DNA of 64,000 nucleotides from Waterburya sp. (GCA_965217895.1 CBDCJV010000002.1:2496001-2560000); one strand, 5' to 3'; shown: positions 20,501 to 31,315, counted from the stretch's first letter. The notes: a model not told the origin generated them from the sequence alone. Numbers and translations are program-made.

Positions 20501-22682
20501 CCCCTGAAGCAAGATTAATACCTTTATTGATGGTTTTTGTATAGCCTAAATTTTGCTCATTAGTAATTAGCTGCACGTTAGGTCGATTAGCTACCGCCTT
20601 CTCTAGCATTGGCCCAACGCGATCGTCAGGACTAGCATCATTGATGATAATCAGCTTTGCATCTCTAGAAGTTTGTTGAAACACTGAGCTTAAACATTGC
20701 TGTACCGCATCGTAAGCATTGTAAACAGGAATTAAGATCGTTACTTGCTGAACATTTGGCTGGGGTTGGCTATGGAGTTGAGAGAATTGACCAAACTGAC
20801 TAGATAGCTTATCTGAGTCATAGGTAATGGTGGCTGGGCTTCTTTTAAGGTTTTGCCTCGTGCCTTTGAAGAAAATTTCCACCTCATATTTTGTTTCTGT
20901 TCCAGGAGGAGTTGGCAAAGCAATTTCAAAGCCGTTTTCGCCCTTGGCACTAATGCGGTGCTTAATTAAATCTCGGCGTAAAATATTTGCTTTGACTTCT
21001 TTATAAAAGGTGCCGTCGATATGGACATCTAGCATGGCAGCTACATCAACATGATTATCGGGCAATACCCATCCTTGCAAACAATTGCCATTCCACTTAT
21101 CAATTACGCCAAAACCTCGGCGAGGGATGATCGTCGAAAAAGAAATTGGCGTCAGGTTTTCTTGAGTTTTGCTGATTGGAATTAAAGAAATAGAGTGTTC
21201 TTGGTCATCAAGCAAATCTATGGATAGCTGCACCTCAAACTTTCTGATAGTAATCGGCAGCAATCGATCGCTGCGATCGAGAAAAAATTGCGTAGTTTCG
21301 ACTACAGCAATCTGCTTCTGGTCAATAATTACCTTGAGGTTAACTGAGGGATCTACCTTGTTAGAAACAATCAACCACCCTTGCAGGATTCCTCCTAAGG
21401 CAACTTCGCAAGCTTGATGAGATAAGCTATTTAATTCGTCATAGCACTGTCTAAAAGCACTGTCTAATTCCAACGCCTGTAAATAAGCACTAGCTGCTTC
21501 TTCAATTCGATTGAGCTTAGATAATCTTCTTCCTCTTAAAAAATGACCTCTGGCGGAATTTAAATCATACTCTCTTTTCTCTTTTTTACTGTGGAGCAAA
21601 AAATGCCGAATAGCTTGATACTTATTACCTTTGTAGTTTTGGTTTACATCAGGATTTAGATATAGATAGTTTTCTGGTTTAAAATTTTGGGGTAAGTTCG
21701 CTATTTTGTCAGCAAATCTTTGATAAAAATCTGATTCGTTACAGCACAGACTTCTCTTTTGTTTATTTTCTTGCCAATGTTGATATGCTGCTTCAGGCTC
21801 AAGACTTCCAATTTCATTTTGGTAATATCCAGAGTAAAACTGCCAATTAAAATCTTTTTGCAGCAATAATTCTTTTAGCTTATTACGACACGGCTGTAGG
21901 GTACTATCTAGCTGTAATGCTCGGCAATAAGCAGCGATCGCCTCGTCTACCAGATTGAGCTTAACCAGCTTTTCCCCTCTTATAAAATGACCTTTAGCAG
22001 AATTTAAACCGTATTCTCTTTGTTCAGCTTGACCGTAAAGTAGAAAATGCCTAGTAGCACGATACTTGTTATTACTATATTTTTTAGCTAGGTTAGGATT
22101 TAAATATAAATAATTCTCTGGCTCAAAGTCTTGAGGTAAATCAGATAATTTATCTTCATATCTTTGATAAAAATCAGCTTCATTGCGACAAAAATCTTTA
22201 TGCTTACCCACTGTTAACCAGTGCTGAAAAGCACTTTCAGGGCTAAAATCTCCTATTTCGTCTTGATGATATTCACAGTAAAATTTCCAGTCTAATCCTT
22301 GCTGAGTTAAGATTTTTTCTAATTTACTTCTACACGGATCGAAAGTATTATCCAATTTTAATGCCTGGCAATAAGCATCAACTGCATCCTCTTTCTCTCC
22401 TAATTCTTCAGAAGCAAGTCCAAGATAGTAATACGCTTTTGCTACACCCGCTTCATAAGCAAGAGAACTTTGAAGATATTCCTTGGCTAATTGCCACTGA
22501 TCTTGTTCGAGTAAAGCGTTACCAAGCTTTAGATAAGTATCGGCAGATTCAGGAACTAATTCAATCGCCTGTAAATAGTATTCTACTGACTTGACCAAAT
22601 CACCTTGTTGATAAAAATTATCTCCTTCTTGAATACAGTTATGGAAGCGTAAATCAGAATCTGCAAACATTAATTTTGCCAT
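17589..22682 (-). CDS. Giant multidomain glycosyltransferase: TPR + repeats + GT2 + GT4-like domains (paralog A)
   Basis: ILIPVYNA, IINDASPD, LLNSDT and GYGEENDFC (GT2); SIWPETYCHTLTESWASGVPVV (GT4); C-terminal KSPLKFLQYS GT-B domain. Confidence 0.88.
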   Translation of the reverse strand: MAKLMFADSDLRFHNCIQEGDNFYQQGDLVKSVEYYLQAIELVPESADTYLKLGNALLEQDQWQLAKEYLQSSLAYEAGVAKAYYYLGLASEELGEKEDAVDAYCQALKLDNTFDPCRSKLEKILTQQGLDWKFYCEYHQDEIGDFSPESAFQHWLTVGKHKDFCRNEADFYQRYEDKLSDLPQDFEPENYLYLNPNLAKKYSNNKYRATRHFLLYGQAEQREYGLNSAKGHFIRGEKLVKLNLVDEAIAAYCRALQLDSTLQPCRNKLKELLLQKDFNWQFYSGYYQNEIGSLEPEAAYQHWQENKQKRSLCCNESDFYQRFADKIANLPQNFKPENYLYLNPDVNQNYKGNKYQAIRHFLLHSKKEKREYDLNSARGHFLRGRRLSKLNRIEEAASAYLQALELDSAFRQCYDELNSLSHQACEVALGGILQGWLIVSNKVDPSVNLKVIIDQKQIAVVETTQFFLDRSDRLLPITIRKFEVQLSIDLLDDQEHSISLIPISKTQENLTPISFSTIIPRRGFGVIDKWNGNCLQGWVLPDNHVDVAAMLDVHIDGTFYKEVKANILRRDLIKHRISAKGENGFEIALPTPPGTETKYEVEIFFKGTRQNLKRSPATITYDSDKLSSQFGQFSQLHSQPQPNVQQVTILIPVYNAYDAVQQCLSSVFQQTSRDAKLIIINDASPDDRVGPMLEKAVANRPNVQLITNEQNLGYTKTINKGINLASGDDIILLNSDTSVGPRWLQNIRIAAYREQDIGTVTAISDNSGAFSVPTMGQANDFPVWLQPVEIARTINQHSPQIYPETPTGSGFCIYIRRQLLDDIGLFDEEAFPRGYGEENDFCMRSLRAGWRHIVDDRTLVYHVRSASFQGEKTALYKPGREVVDKRYPEYKALVTHFVHSPQMDMMRYRIRKLLENSPKLPNPRPRVLFVISTKTGGTPQTNQDLMTGLGDRYQPMLLICNAKEISFYDARPKEHLLLEEIKLSSPINPTAHTSKEYDNIVGDLLIRYGIELVHIRHIAWHSISLASLTSRLDIPTILSIHDFYTICPTVNLLDENLTFCGGECTATDGRCPTPIWSEYRLVNLKHNFIKTWQHNMAKMFQYIDAFVTTAPSAREMMTKIYPQLEQANFKVIPHGRDFPHLQTKPIVFSPPKPNKPLKVLFPGNISSSKGAELIVAIKKLDVDNRLEFHFLGNTRHFLKPIGKLHGTYTRADFDRWMQKIKPHCVGIFSIWPETYCHTLTESWASGVPVVAINKGAVGERIARHGCGWLIDEVDPQVIYDRLLVIADDTEGYSEKMSYLNQWQLTYARQNNIATMAAQYHQLYQQVIAQSRPFELPQQTKNYLRVGVFVNSQLPPTAHIRVLEWLQHPLICDRLDTQFLDIDAFINDVHQIFELDVILIQRNIIQPDKVQPLIDICRERNLPIVYEIDDNLLNVPPDKDRKGVYARTAPTIKTLVTAATQVVVSTEPLAREMRQFNTQVTVIPNVIAESAWLKPIEVSQLPQQLLDIAKGTFKILYMGNSSHGEDLAMIEPVFERLYRENHNVRLLMVGGESEVAENAPDWYTRLSIPKGYESYQQFIPWFRQIAESCDLAIAPLVANEFNQYKSPLKFLQYSAVGLSAIYSNCTPYKEVVTDGLNGILSENTPESWHQAISKCIGNRDKLQLLAETAKKTVFSQYLMSNYADCYVNIFEQALNQID

Positions 22683-23291
22683 TTTAGATTTTTGAATTTT
22701 AAAGTTTTATCTTAATTACTTAGGCTTTGAATACAATCTTTAAACTCTCAGTAAAAATAACATGATATTTTTACAAATCGGTTCAGTAAAATTACTGAAG
22801 TTAATCTTTCTTTGGCAAATATTTACCAAAGCTTTTAAAGCTTAGTTGTCAAAGCAAAAAAAGCAGTTTGTTCATGGGTAACTCAGTAATTCTACTTAAG
22901 CTCTTTTGTTTAAAGACGATCTTTTTATCAATGTATTTACTCATATCAAAATGTTTTAAGCAATGCTATCTTGATTTGCAACTATGGTTTTTAAAAATAT
23001 GTGGTATTTTTGTAATTTTAACAGTTAAGAGATTCTTTAAAGAAGATTGATAAAATATCTAATTTTTAACTGTGGTCTTAAAGTATAGCTTTTAAAAACT
23101 TATCAAAGACGTATTTATTTAATTGCTTAAGCTAAAATAGACAGGCGATCGCCAGCCTGAATTGTTGATAACAACTATTTTATAGCTACGAAACTTTGGG
23201 TTTAGTCAAACAAAAGCCAAAGATGCTTTTACTAGTAAATAACTAACGTTTAAAATTGTCATCTAATTCTCTGTAATTACTACCAAAAGAT

Positions 23292-26200
23292 ATGAATAGC
23301 TCAACTGAAACTGAACCAAACCTATCGGAACAGATTGATTATTTACATACTCAAGCAGTAAAAAAACATAAGCAAGGTGAATTGGCTTCAGCAGTAGATT
23401 TCTATTTACAGTCTATCAAGGTAGATCAAAAGCAGCCACCATGGATTTATGGAAATGCAATTACTCTACTTAATCAGTTGGGAAAAGTAAATGAGGCATT
23501 AGAAGTTGGTAAAATAGCCTTAAAAGTTGATGCCAATAGTGACGAAATATTGCGTGCTTTAGGTAGCGTCTATAAAAGTAATGGAAACTCCCTTAATAGT
23601 ATAAGATTTTACCGACAGGCAATTGAAAAAAATCATAGCCAACCAATCTGGGTATATGAACATTTAATCGAGAGTTTGATTCAACAAAACGATTTGTCAC
23701 AAGCACTTGAATATGGAACGCTAGGTACTCAAATTAATCCTGAATCCTGTTGGTTAAAATATCATTTAGGAAATATTTTTTTCGAGCAAGAAAGATGGTC
23801 AAAAGCCTGTGAACTATATATCCAAATACTAGAAGTTGAGCCAGATTTTCTGAATGTAGCCGATAAACTAAATGAAGCTACAGGGTATCAGGCAAACAAA
23901 GTATTAAACCTAGATGCTCAAGTAGCAAACGCTACGGTAGAAAAAAAGCCTGAGTATAATTTAGAAGATTTAGAAAGCACTATTACTAACTCAGGCAGTA
24001 GCTTTGTAGCTGAAATTACTCAAGTAGGCTTAGGTGGATTTATTCAAGGTTGGGCAATAGATAACTATAATCCTGAAGCAGCTTTAGAAATCAAGCTGGT
24101 TGTGGATGGACAACCGATTGGCGTAGTCAAAGCCGAGCCAAAAATTGTGGTAACAACTAAGCAAGATCTTAGAGGAATACCCAGAGAATTTGAATTTTCT
24201 ATTCCTGCCACTTTATTAGACGATAGGAAACATCAATTTGAATTAATCTATCTTAGAGATAAGCAATCAACTACTGCTCATTTGACAGTTCCTCGCCGTG
24301 GTGTAGGGCGTATTACTGGGTGTCAAAATAACTGTATATCGGGATGGGCTTTAGCTGACGGTCACTTTGGTTCTTCAGCCAACCTAGATGTATATATTGA
24401 TAATATTTTTTATACAGAAATCCAGGCCAACAAATCTCAAGCGGACTTACTAAAATATGGTTTGGGTAATGGCAAGAATGGATTTGAAATTCTTTTGCCA
24501 TTTCTACCAGAAGCAAAACCTTATCAAATAGATGTATTTTTTCAAGGGACTAAAACCCATTTACAAAAAAGCCCCCTTTATCTAGAAAACAAAAACTCTA
24601 GCATTCCTACTCAAGCTCATTTTTTAGCAGGTATTGATCGTGTAAGTACAGGAGGAATACTAAACGCTTGGGCAATTGATAGCGTCAATCTTGATAGCCA
24701 ACTTAAAATTAAAATTTATGCTGATGGTAGTCCTATTGGTGTAGTTAAAACTACTCAAGACTATCCAGAGTCTATGTCTGTTCATGGACTTTGCCCCAAA
24801 ACACCTAAAAAACTGCAAATACAGCTACCATATACGTTACTAGACAATCGAGAACATCAGTTTGAATTATTTTTGCTAGACGAAAAGCACAATGAAACGC
24901 AGTCAATCAAATCAAGAATTGTAGTTCCTCGTCTTAGCACTGGTCGTATTGACAACTGGAGTGATAATTGCGTTACAGGTTGGGCAATACCAGAAGGACA
25001 CTTTGGTGCTGCTGCAATGTTAGATGTTTATATTGATGGAACTTTTTATCGAGAAATAAAGGCTAATACCCCTAGAAAAGATTTACTTAAATATAGCTTG
25101 GGCAATGGCAATAATGGATTTGAATTTGCTTTACCTTTGCCACCAGAAAACAAACAAGCCTATAAAATAGATATATTTTTCCAGGGAACGTCACAAAAGC
25201 TGCAAAAAAGCCCAATAAATATTAGCTTTGCCCCTGATGTCACTTTAGATAAGCAGCAAAAAGGTCAATTTTCTCTTCTTTATCGAGGTAAAAATCTTCT
25301 GCATCGTCATTTAACAATTGTCATTCCCGTATTTAATGCCTATGAAGAACTGTGTTTATGCCTCAAGTCGGTATTTAAATACACTTCTATTAAAGTCAAG
25401 CTGGTAATTATAAATGACTGTAGTACAGATCGAAGAATCCCTGAACTTTTAGTTTGGGCAGGTAGCCATCCTCATGTTACCGTCATGTCTAACGAAGAAA
25501 ACATTGGCTACACCAGAACTATTAATCGGGGCATAAACTTTGCCGAAGATGACGATATTGTTTTGCTAAATAGTGATACGGTGGTTGGTCCGCACTGGCT
25601 ACAAAATTTAAGTTCGGCGGTTTATCATCAACCAGATATTGCCACTGCAACCGCTATTTCTGATAACTCTGGAGCATTTTCTGTACCTGATGTGGGACGC
25701 GCCAACGACTTTCCCCTCTGGTTAACTAAAGAAGAAATGGTTCGCGCTATTAGCCAAAACAGTAAGATAATTTATCCTGAAACACCGACTGGAAGCGGAT
25801 TTTGTATTTATATTCGACGGGAGGTCTTTCAAGAAATTGGTATTTTTGATGAAATTAATTTTCCTAGAGGCTATGGGGAAGAAAATGATTTCTGTATGCG
25901 TGCAGTGCGTGCTGGCTGGAGAAACATAGTTGACGATCGCACCTTAGTATATCATGTGCGCTCGGCAAGCTTTCGTGATGAAAAAACTAATCTATACGAT
26001 ACGGGTCGCGGTGTAGTGGACGAACGTTATCCTGACTATCGAGGAAGAGTTAGCGTATTTGTTCATTCCCCTCAGATGAACGTCATGCGTTATGGAGTGA
26101 GGAAGCTAATTGAGGGAAAATGGTCAACTCCCGTCTATCAGCCTCGTCAAAGAGTTCTCTATGTTATTTCAACGCAGACTGGAGGCACACCTCAAACTAA

Positions 26201-28517
26201 TCAGGACTTGATGAACGGCTTGAGCGATCGCTATCATCCTTTGGTTTTGCGCTGTAGTGCTACAGAAATCTTTCTTTACGATACTAGGAATGAAGCAGAA
26301 GTTGCCCGTGAAACTGCCCAACTGCGATCGCCTATAACCTTAACGGCGCACCAATCTAGCGAATACGAGGACATCGTTGGTGATTGGTTAATTAAGTACA
26401 GTATCGAGATTCTGCACGTGCGTCATATAGCTTGGCATAGTCTTTCTTTGTGTCGTGTAGCTAAACGGCTAGGAATTACGGTAATCTTTTCTTTTCATGA
26501 TTTTTATGCTGTGTGTCCCACAGTTAACCTGCTGGATGAGAACCAGGTTTTTTGTGGTGGTAACTGCACAAATACCGCAGCCGACTGTGAAGTATCGTTA
26601 TGGAAAAAGCACAATCACGTACCTAAGTTAAAACACTCATTTATCAAAGCCTGGCGAGAAATGATTGCGGATATGCTGCCCTATGTAGATGCCTTTGTTA
26701 CCACTTCAGCTTCTACCAAAAAATTACTTGAGGATATTTATCCAGAATTAAAGCAGCGAGATTTTGCAGTTATTCCCCACGGTCGAGACTTTCACCAACT
26801 AACAACTAAAGGCAATACCTTTTCGGTTAGTTATCCTCTAGACAGTGAACCTCTACGTATTCTCTTTCCAGGTAATATTCAGTCTGCCAAAGGAGCAGAT
26901 TTAATCGCCCAAATCAAAAGCTTGGATCTTGAAAACAGGTTAGAGCTTCATTTTTTAGGAACTAAAGCTGATGTTTTAGATGCTCAGGTTGGTACTTATC
27001 ACGGTCGCTATCAGCGAGAAAATTTTAGCCAATTAGTTGGTCAAATTAAGCCTCATTATATTGGCATCTTTTCTATCTGGCCTGAAACCTATTGCCACAC
27101 CTTGACCGAATCTTGGGCGAGTGGCATACCCACAATTGCGATCGCCCTGGGGGCAGTTGAAGAACGAATTAAACAACATGGCGGTGGCTGGCTAATTGAA
27201 CCTAGTTTAAAAGCTGAATTAATCTATGCCAAACTGCTGGAGATAGCTGCTGATAGCGAAGCATATATGAGAAAAGTAGAAGAAGTCAATCGCTGGCAGC
27301 TAGCCTATGGACGACAAAACAGCATTGCCACCATGGCACAAAAATATCACCATCTTTATCAGCGCGTTTTGCAATCATCTCTACCATTTGTCGATCGCTC
27401 AGCAACTAAGTCGCAGTACCTGAGAGTCGGGGTTTTTGTTTATCGCAATGCCAACCAGGAATCAAATCCCTCTACTCATGTTCGAGTTTTAGAGTGGTTA
27501 AAATGTCATGCCGTAGCTCAAAAAATACACTTTCAGTTGATTGAGATTGATTCTTTTTTGTATGACAGCTTAAACACCTTAGAAATAGATCTGGTATTGG
27601 TACAGCGCAACATAATTAAGTCTTACCTTGCAGAGAGATTTATTCAGCAATGTCGAGAGCGCAACTTACCTATTATCTTAGAAATTGATGATGATCTAAT
27701 CAATGTCCCCGTAACAAAAGATCCTCTAGGGGTTTATGCTCAAACTGCGGTGGGCATCAAAGCGATCGCGATCGCAGCAACTACTGTAATAGTTAGTACC
27801 CCACCTTTAAAGGCAAAAATAAGCCAATACAATAGCAACATTGTAGTAATTCCTAACGTTATCCCTGAATACACTTGGTTCAAACCCGTAGAAGCAAAAG
27901 CTCTAAATCAGGCTGAAGGTGAAGAAGATGTTTCTCAAGAAATCAAAATTCTTTATATGGGTAATCCAACTCATGGAGAAGATTTGGCTTTGGTCAAACC
28001 AGTATTTGAACAGTTAGCAAAAGAAGGGTATCCTCTGAGGCTATACGTCATCGGTGGTGAAACCCCAGCCCCAAACAATGAATCAAGCTGGTATAAGCGA
28101 ATCGATATTCCTCCCCAGTGTCGTCACTATCCTCAGTTTGTAGACTGGTTTCGCAGTATTGCTAATAACTTTTGTTTGGCGATCGCACCTTTGGTAGAAA
28201 CAGAATTTAATCAGTGCAAAAGCCCGCTTAAGTTCCTTCAGTATGCTGCTATTGATTTACCGAGTATTTCTAGCAACTGTACCCCTTACAAAGAGGTAGT
28301 TGAATCTGGTGTTAATGGTATTTTAGTTGACAATGACGAAGACGCATGGCGTAATGCAATTATTCAATCTATCGACAATCTGGAAAAATTAAATAAAATT
28401 GCAGTCAATGCCAAAAAGTTAATTTTGGACAAATACTTAATGTCCCACTACGCTGAGTCTTATATCAACATTTTTCAAACTGCATTTAATCTAGCTTCAA
28501 CAAGTAAGTTAAAGTAA
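23292..28517 (+). CDS. Giant multidomain glycosyltransferase: TPR + tandem beta-rich repeats + GT2 + GT4-like domains (paralog B)
   Basis: Same GT2/GT4 motifs as 17589-22682; duplicated GWA...LDVYIDG...NGF beta-rich module. Confidence 0.88.
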   Translation: MNSSTETEPNLSEQIDYLHTQAVKKHKQGELASAVDFYLQSIKVDQKQPPWIYGNAITLLNQLGKVNEALEVGKIALKVDANSDEILRALGSVYKSNGNSLNSIRFYRQAIEKNHSQPIWVYEHLIESLIQQNDLSQALEYGTLGTQINPESCWLKYHLGNIFFEQERWSKACELYIQILEVEPDFLNVADKLNEATGYQANKVLNLDAQVANATVEKKPEYNLEDLESTITNSGSSFVAEITQVGLGGFIQGWAIDNYNPEAALEIKLVVDGQPIGVVKAEPKIVVTTKQDLRGIPREFEFSIPATLLDDRKHQFELIYLRDKQSTTAHLTVPRRGVGRITGCQNNCISGWALADGHFGSSANLDVYIDNIFYTEIQANKSQADLLKYGLGNGKNGFEILLPFLPEAKPYQIDVFFQGTKTHLQKSPLYLENKNSSIPTQAHFLAGIDRVSTGGILNAWAIDSVNLDSQLKIKIYADGSPIGVVKTTQDYPESMSVHGLCPKTPKKLQIQLPYTLLDNREHQFELFLLDEKHNETQSIKSRIVVPRLSTGRIDNWSDNCVTGWAIPEGHFGAAAMLDVYIDGTFYREIKANTPRKDLLKYSLGNGNNGFEFALPLPPENKQAYKIDIFFQGTSQKLQKSPINISFAPDVTLDKQQKGQFSLLYRGKNLLHRHLTIVIPVFNAYEELCLCLKSVFKYTSIKVKLVIINDCSTDRRIPELLVWAGSHPHVTVMSNEENIGYTRTINRGINFAEDDDIVLLNSDTVVGPHWLQNLSSAVYHQPDIATATAISDNSGAFSVPDVGRANDFPLWLTKEEMVRAISQNSKIIYPETPTGSGFCIYIRREVFQEIGIFDEINFPRGYGEENDFCMRAVRAGWRNIVDDRTLVYHVRSASFRDEKTNLYDTGRGVVDERYPDYRGRVSVFVHSPQMNVMRYGVRKLIEGKWSTPVYQPRQRVLYVISTQTGGTPQTNQDLMNGLSDRYHPLVLRCSATEIFLYDTRNEAEVARETAQLRSPITLTAHQSSEYEDIVGDWLIKYSIEILHVRHIAWHSLSLCRVAKRLGITVIFSFHDFYAVCPTVNLLDENQVFCGGNCTNTAADCEVSLWKKHNHVPKLKHSFIKAWREMIADMLPYVDAFVTTSASTKKLLEDIYPELKQRDFAVIPHGRDFHQLTTKGNTFSVSYPLDSEPLRILFPGNIQSAKGADLIAQIKSLDLENRLELHFLGTKADVLDAQVGTYHGRYQRENFSQLVGQIKPHYIGIFSIWPETYCHTLTESWASGIPTIAIALGAVEERIKQHGGGWLIEPSLKAELIYAKLLEIAADSEAYMRKVEEVNRWQLAYGRQNSIATMAQKYHHLYQRVLQSSLPFVDRSATKSQYLRVGVFVYRNANQESNPSTHVRVLEWLKCHAVAQKIHFQLIEIDSFLYDSLNTLEIDLVLVQRNIIKSYLAERFIQQCRERNLPIILEIDDDLINVPVTKDPLGVYAQTAVGIKAIAIAATTVIVSTPPLKAKISQYNSNIVVIPNVIPEYTWFKPVEAKALNQAEGEEDVSQEIKILYMGNPTHGEDLALVKPVFEQLAKEGYPLRLYVIGGETPAPNNESSWYKRIDIPPQCRHYPQFVDWFRSIANNFCLAIAPLVETEFNQCKSPLKFLQYAAIDLPSISSNCTPYKEVVESGVNGILVDNDEDAWRNAIIQSIDNLEKLNKIAVNAKKLILDKYLMSHYAESYINIFQTAFNLASTSKLK

Positions 28518-28577
28518 ATATGGCTCAATTAAATCCCTTAAATTACTAAAACTACACCCTAGCAATATCATCACTAT

Positions 28578-29684
28578 ATGAGAATTTTAATCTATTCTTT
28601 GGGCAAAAGCGGTACAACTGCTCTGGCTTACGCAATTAATAATGCTTTCGCTCATTATTCCCTGATTTTAGAGCCTGAACAGTTAAATAACGTCGATTAC
28701 AGTGATGATAATTTAATTGTCAAATCTATTTATGGCGATCGCTGGAAAAAAGACGTAGATTATTTTACAAAATTTGACAAAAAAATTCTTCTGCTCAGAA
28801 ACCCTTTAGATAGAATTATTAGCTATCTACTGTATATGCCCTACAATGGAGACGGTTTTTCTGATGATCGTAATGCTTATAAATATATCGATCTTTTAAT
28901 GAAAAAAGCTAACGCTCCTGAATTAGTTGGTGTTAATGATATCGACCGTTGTTTTAAAAATGTAACGGAGCGAAGTTCTTTAATTAGAGCAGTTGCCAAA
29001 CAATCAAATAGTATTTATGACTTAGCTCAAAATACTCAAGAATTTTTTCTGCTAAAATATGAAGATTTTATTCAGAACAACCTGCAAGGATTAAGTGGTT
29101 ACTTGGGCAGAGAAATATTTAACCAGGTTAAAGTTTCTAAGCAATTTGCCAGAACAGAACGAAGTAAAAGTTTTGATAACTATAAATATTTTTTTTTAAA
29201 TCAGGAAATTCACTCTATTTTAGAGCCGCTTAAGAGCTTTAATAATATGTTTGAATATGCCTTCGATCTCGATCATTTAAATTCATCTGTTGGCGAAAAA
29301 CCATCGGCTCTATCGGCGGAGTTAACTTATAATTATACAATAAAAGTAATTAACGAATATAGAAGTAGACATTTAATTCCCTTGTACAATCATGGACAAA
29401 TTCAGGTAAAAGAAGAAGGAGTTTTGTTTGACAAAGCAAAAAGGTTTTTGGCGAATGAAAAGCTAGATGAAGCGGAAAAGTTGTTTTTAGAATCTGTCAG
29501 TTTAAATAATTCTTTTTTAGCCAGCTATTTTAAGCTTGCCAAAATTCACGAAGCCAGAGAAAACTTCGATCTATCTAGTCATTATCTTCATGAATGCCTG
29601 AGAATAGATCCTCAATGCAAAGCTGCTTTACAAATGCTACAGCATCTTGAGCGTGTAAAGTTAGTCAATCGAGTTTCCCATTAA
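28578..29684 (+). CDS. Sulfotransferase-like protein with C-terminal TPR (paralog B)
   Basis: ILIYSLGKSGTTALAY and RNPLDRIISYLLYMPYNGDGFSDDRN are identical to paralog A. Confidence 0.78.
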   Translation: MRILIYSLGKSGTTALAYAINNAFAHYSLILEPEQLNNVDYSDDNLIVKSIYGDRWKKDVDYFTKFDKKILLLRNPLDRIISYLLYMPYNGDGFSDDRNAYKYIDLLMKKANAPELVGVNDIDRCFKNVTERSSLIRAVAKQSNSIYDLAQNTQEFFLLKYEDFIQNNLQGLSGYLGREIFNQVKVSKQFARTERSKSFDNYKYFFLNQEIHSILEPLKSFNNMFEYAFDLDHLNSSVGEKPSALSAELTYNYTIKVINEYRSRHLIPLYNHGQIQVKEEGVLFDKAKRFLANEKLDEAEKLFLESVSLNNSFLASYFKLAKIHEARENFDLSSHYLHECLRIDPQCKAALQMLQHLERVKLVNRVSH

Positions 29685-29839
29685 ATTAAAACAGTTATTA
29701 CAAACAAGAAAAAAAATAAAATTATCGGCGTTGCTGAATCGAGGTGTGATTACGTAAAAATTTATTTCCTGATTAATATTTGAAAAGCTTAAAGTTTAGA
29801 GTCCTTAGTTATTTGAAAATACTATATTTACGCCCACGT

Positions 29840-31183
29840 CTACTGATGTATTTTAATTTCTAGCTGATCTTGTATTTTAGAAGGTTCATAGACAGGCGCG
29901 ATCGCACTTTTTTCAGGAGTTATGTCCCAGTCATAGTGACGCAGCAGCAAAGACATAAATATTTTCATTTCCATCTGGGCGAACTGATAACCCAGACAGA
30001 CATGAGAACCGCCACCAAAACCAACTAGGGAAAAAGGATGCTGTTTGTCTTCTTCGCGGGGAGGGGCAAAACGATCTGGATCGAAAGAATCTGGGTTAGC
30101 ATATATTTCTGGTAGGCGGTGAGTCAGCATGGGGGATACATCCACCATCCAGCCAGCAGGAATACGATAGCCGTTGTATTCGATATCTTTGACTACACCG
30201 CGAGATATATTTTGCACTGGAGGATAAAGTCTTTCTACTTCTTTGAGAGCGTAGCCCAGGTAAGTAAACTGTTTTAAATGAGATAGATGCAAAGGCTCAT
30301 CGCCGACAACCTCTTTTTGTTCGTTAAGCAAACGTTCTTTCCATTCAGGATTTGCATTTAGTTCCAACAGTAACCAAGAAATTAAGACGGCGGGGTTTTC
30401 GTGTCCTGCAAACAAAACCATTAACAATTGGTCGATAATTTCCGTATCGCTTAACGGATCGCCGTCTTCGGTAACGGAAGCCAAAAATAAGCCTAAAAAG
30501 TCTTGAGACTCTTTGAGATCGCCATTTCGGCGACGAGTAGCTATTTTTTGCTGCAAAAATGTTTTCAGTTTACGACGGGCTGACTGAGAACGTCCATACA
30601 GGGTAAAAGGCAAGTCTAGATTTAATTTTGCTCTACGCCCAACCAACATAGTTAGAAAATATTGAAGAGATTCTGCAAACTCGGCTTTTGTTTCTGTACC
30701 CAAAATTAGCTGAAGTGCTACGGTTAGGGAAAATTCTGTAAAAGCGTCGATCGCGGGTAAAATTCCTTCAGTGGCTTTTTCTGCCAGAAAATTCTCGGCA
30801 AGCAGATGGATGGTAGCAAAATAATTATTAAGTGCCTGTCCGTGCATTGCAGGATGGATCAGGCGACGAATGGCTTTATGTCTTTTGCCATCTTGAAGCA
30901 GTACCCCGCTTCCAAAAATTGGTTTAAGAAATATCCAACCTTGTTCTGCCGACAGATGATCTGCTTTATCCATCAACACTAGCTTGTTGGCTTCGGTGCC
31001 GATCAAAAAAGCAAACTTTTTACCAAATATGCGCGATTTGAAAACTGAACCATGACGCTCAAAACGCTGGCGATAAAACATTTCCTCTCCAGCAAAGAGT
31101 TCTTTAGTCTCACCTTTAGAACTACCAAAACTTCCTGGCATTTCTTCGGCGGATTTTAGCTTCGATCTTTGTTGTAATACCAT
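29840..31183 (-). CDS. Cytochrome P450 (CYP120-like)
   Basis: FAGHEN I-helix, EVERLYPP (ExxR), FDPDRF, FGGGSHVCLG heme-binding Cys. Confidence 0.95.
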   Translation of the reverse strand: MVLQQRSKLKSAEEMPGSFGSSKGETKELFAGEEMFYRQRFERHGSVFKSRIFGKKFAFLIGTEANKLVLMDKADHLSAEQGWIFLKPIFGSGVLLQDGKRHKAIRRLIHPAMHGQALNNYFATIHLLAENFLAEKATEGILPAIDAFTEFSLTVALQLILGTETKAEFAESLQYFLTMLVGRRAKLNLDLPFTLYGRSQSARRKLKTFLQQKIATRRRNGDLKESQDFLGLFLASVTEDGDPLSDTEIIDQLLMVLFAGHENPAVLISWLLLELNANPEWKERLLNEQKEVVGDEPLHLSHLKQFTYLGYALKEVERLYPPVQNISRGVVKDIEYNGYRIPAGWMVDVSPMLTHRLPEIYANPDSFDPDRFAPPREEDKQHPFSLVGFGGGSHVCLGYQFAQMEMKIFMSLLLRHYDWDITPEKSAIAPVYEPSKIQDQLEIKIHQ

Positions 31184-31315
31184 TTATAGTTATATTTATT
31201 AGTTTTTACACGCGGGGTAATAGAAGTTACCTTCATTCTTGGTTAAAAGCTAAAAGCTAAAAGCTAATAGCTAATAGCTTTATCAATACCGATCAATGTA
31301 AATCGAAGTAATTTA

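Noticed and set aside
31244..31280. AAAGCTA/ATAGCTA heptamer run (similar runs near 3584 and 51555) considered as a possible array
   Set aside because: Ordinary cyanobacterial short tandem heptamer repeats with no spacers
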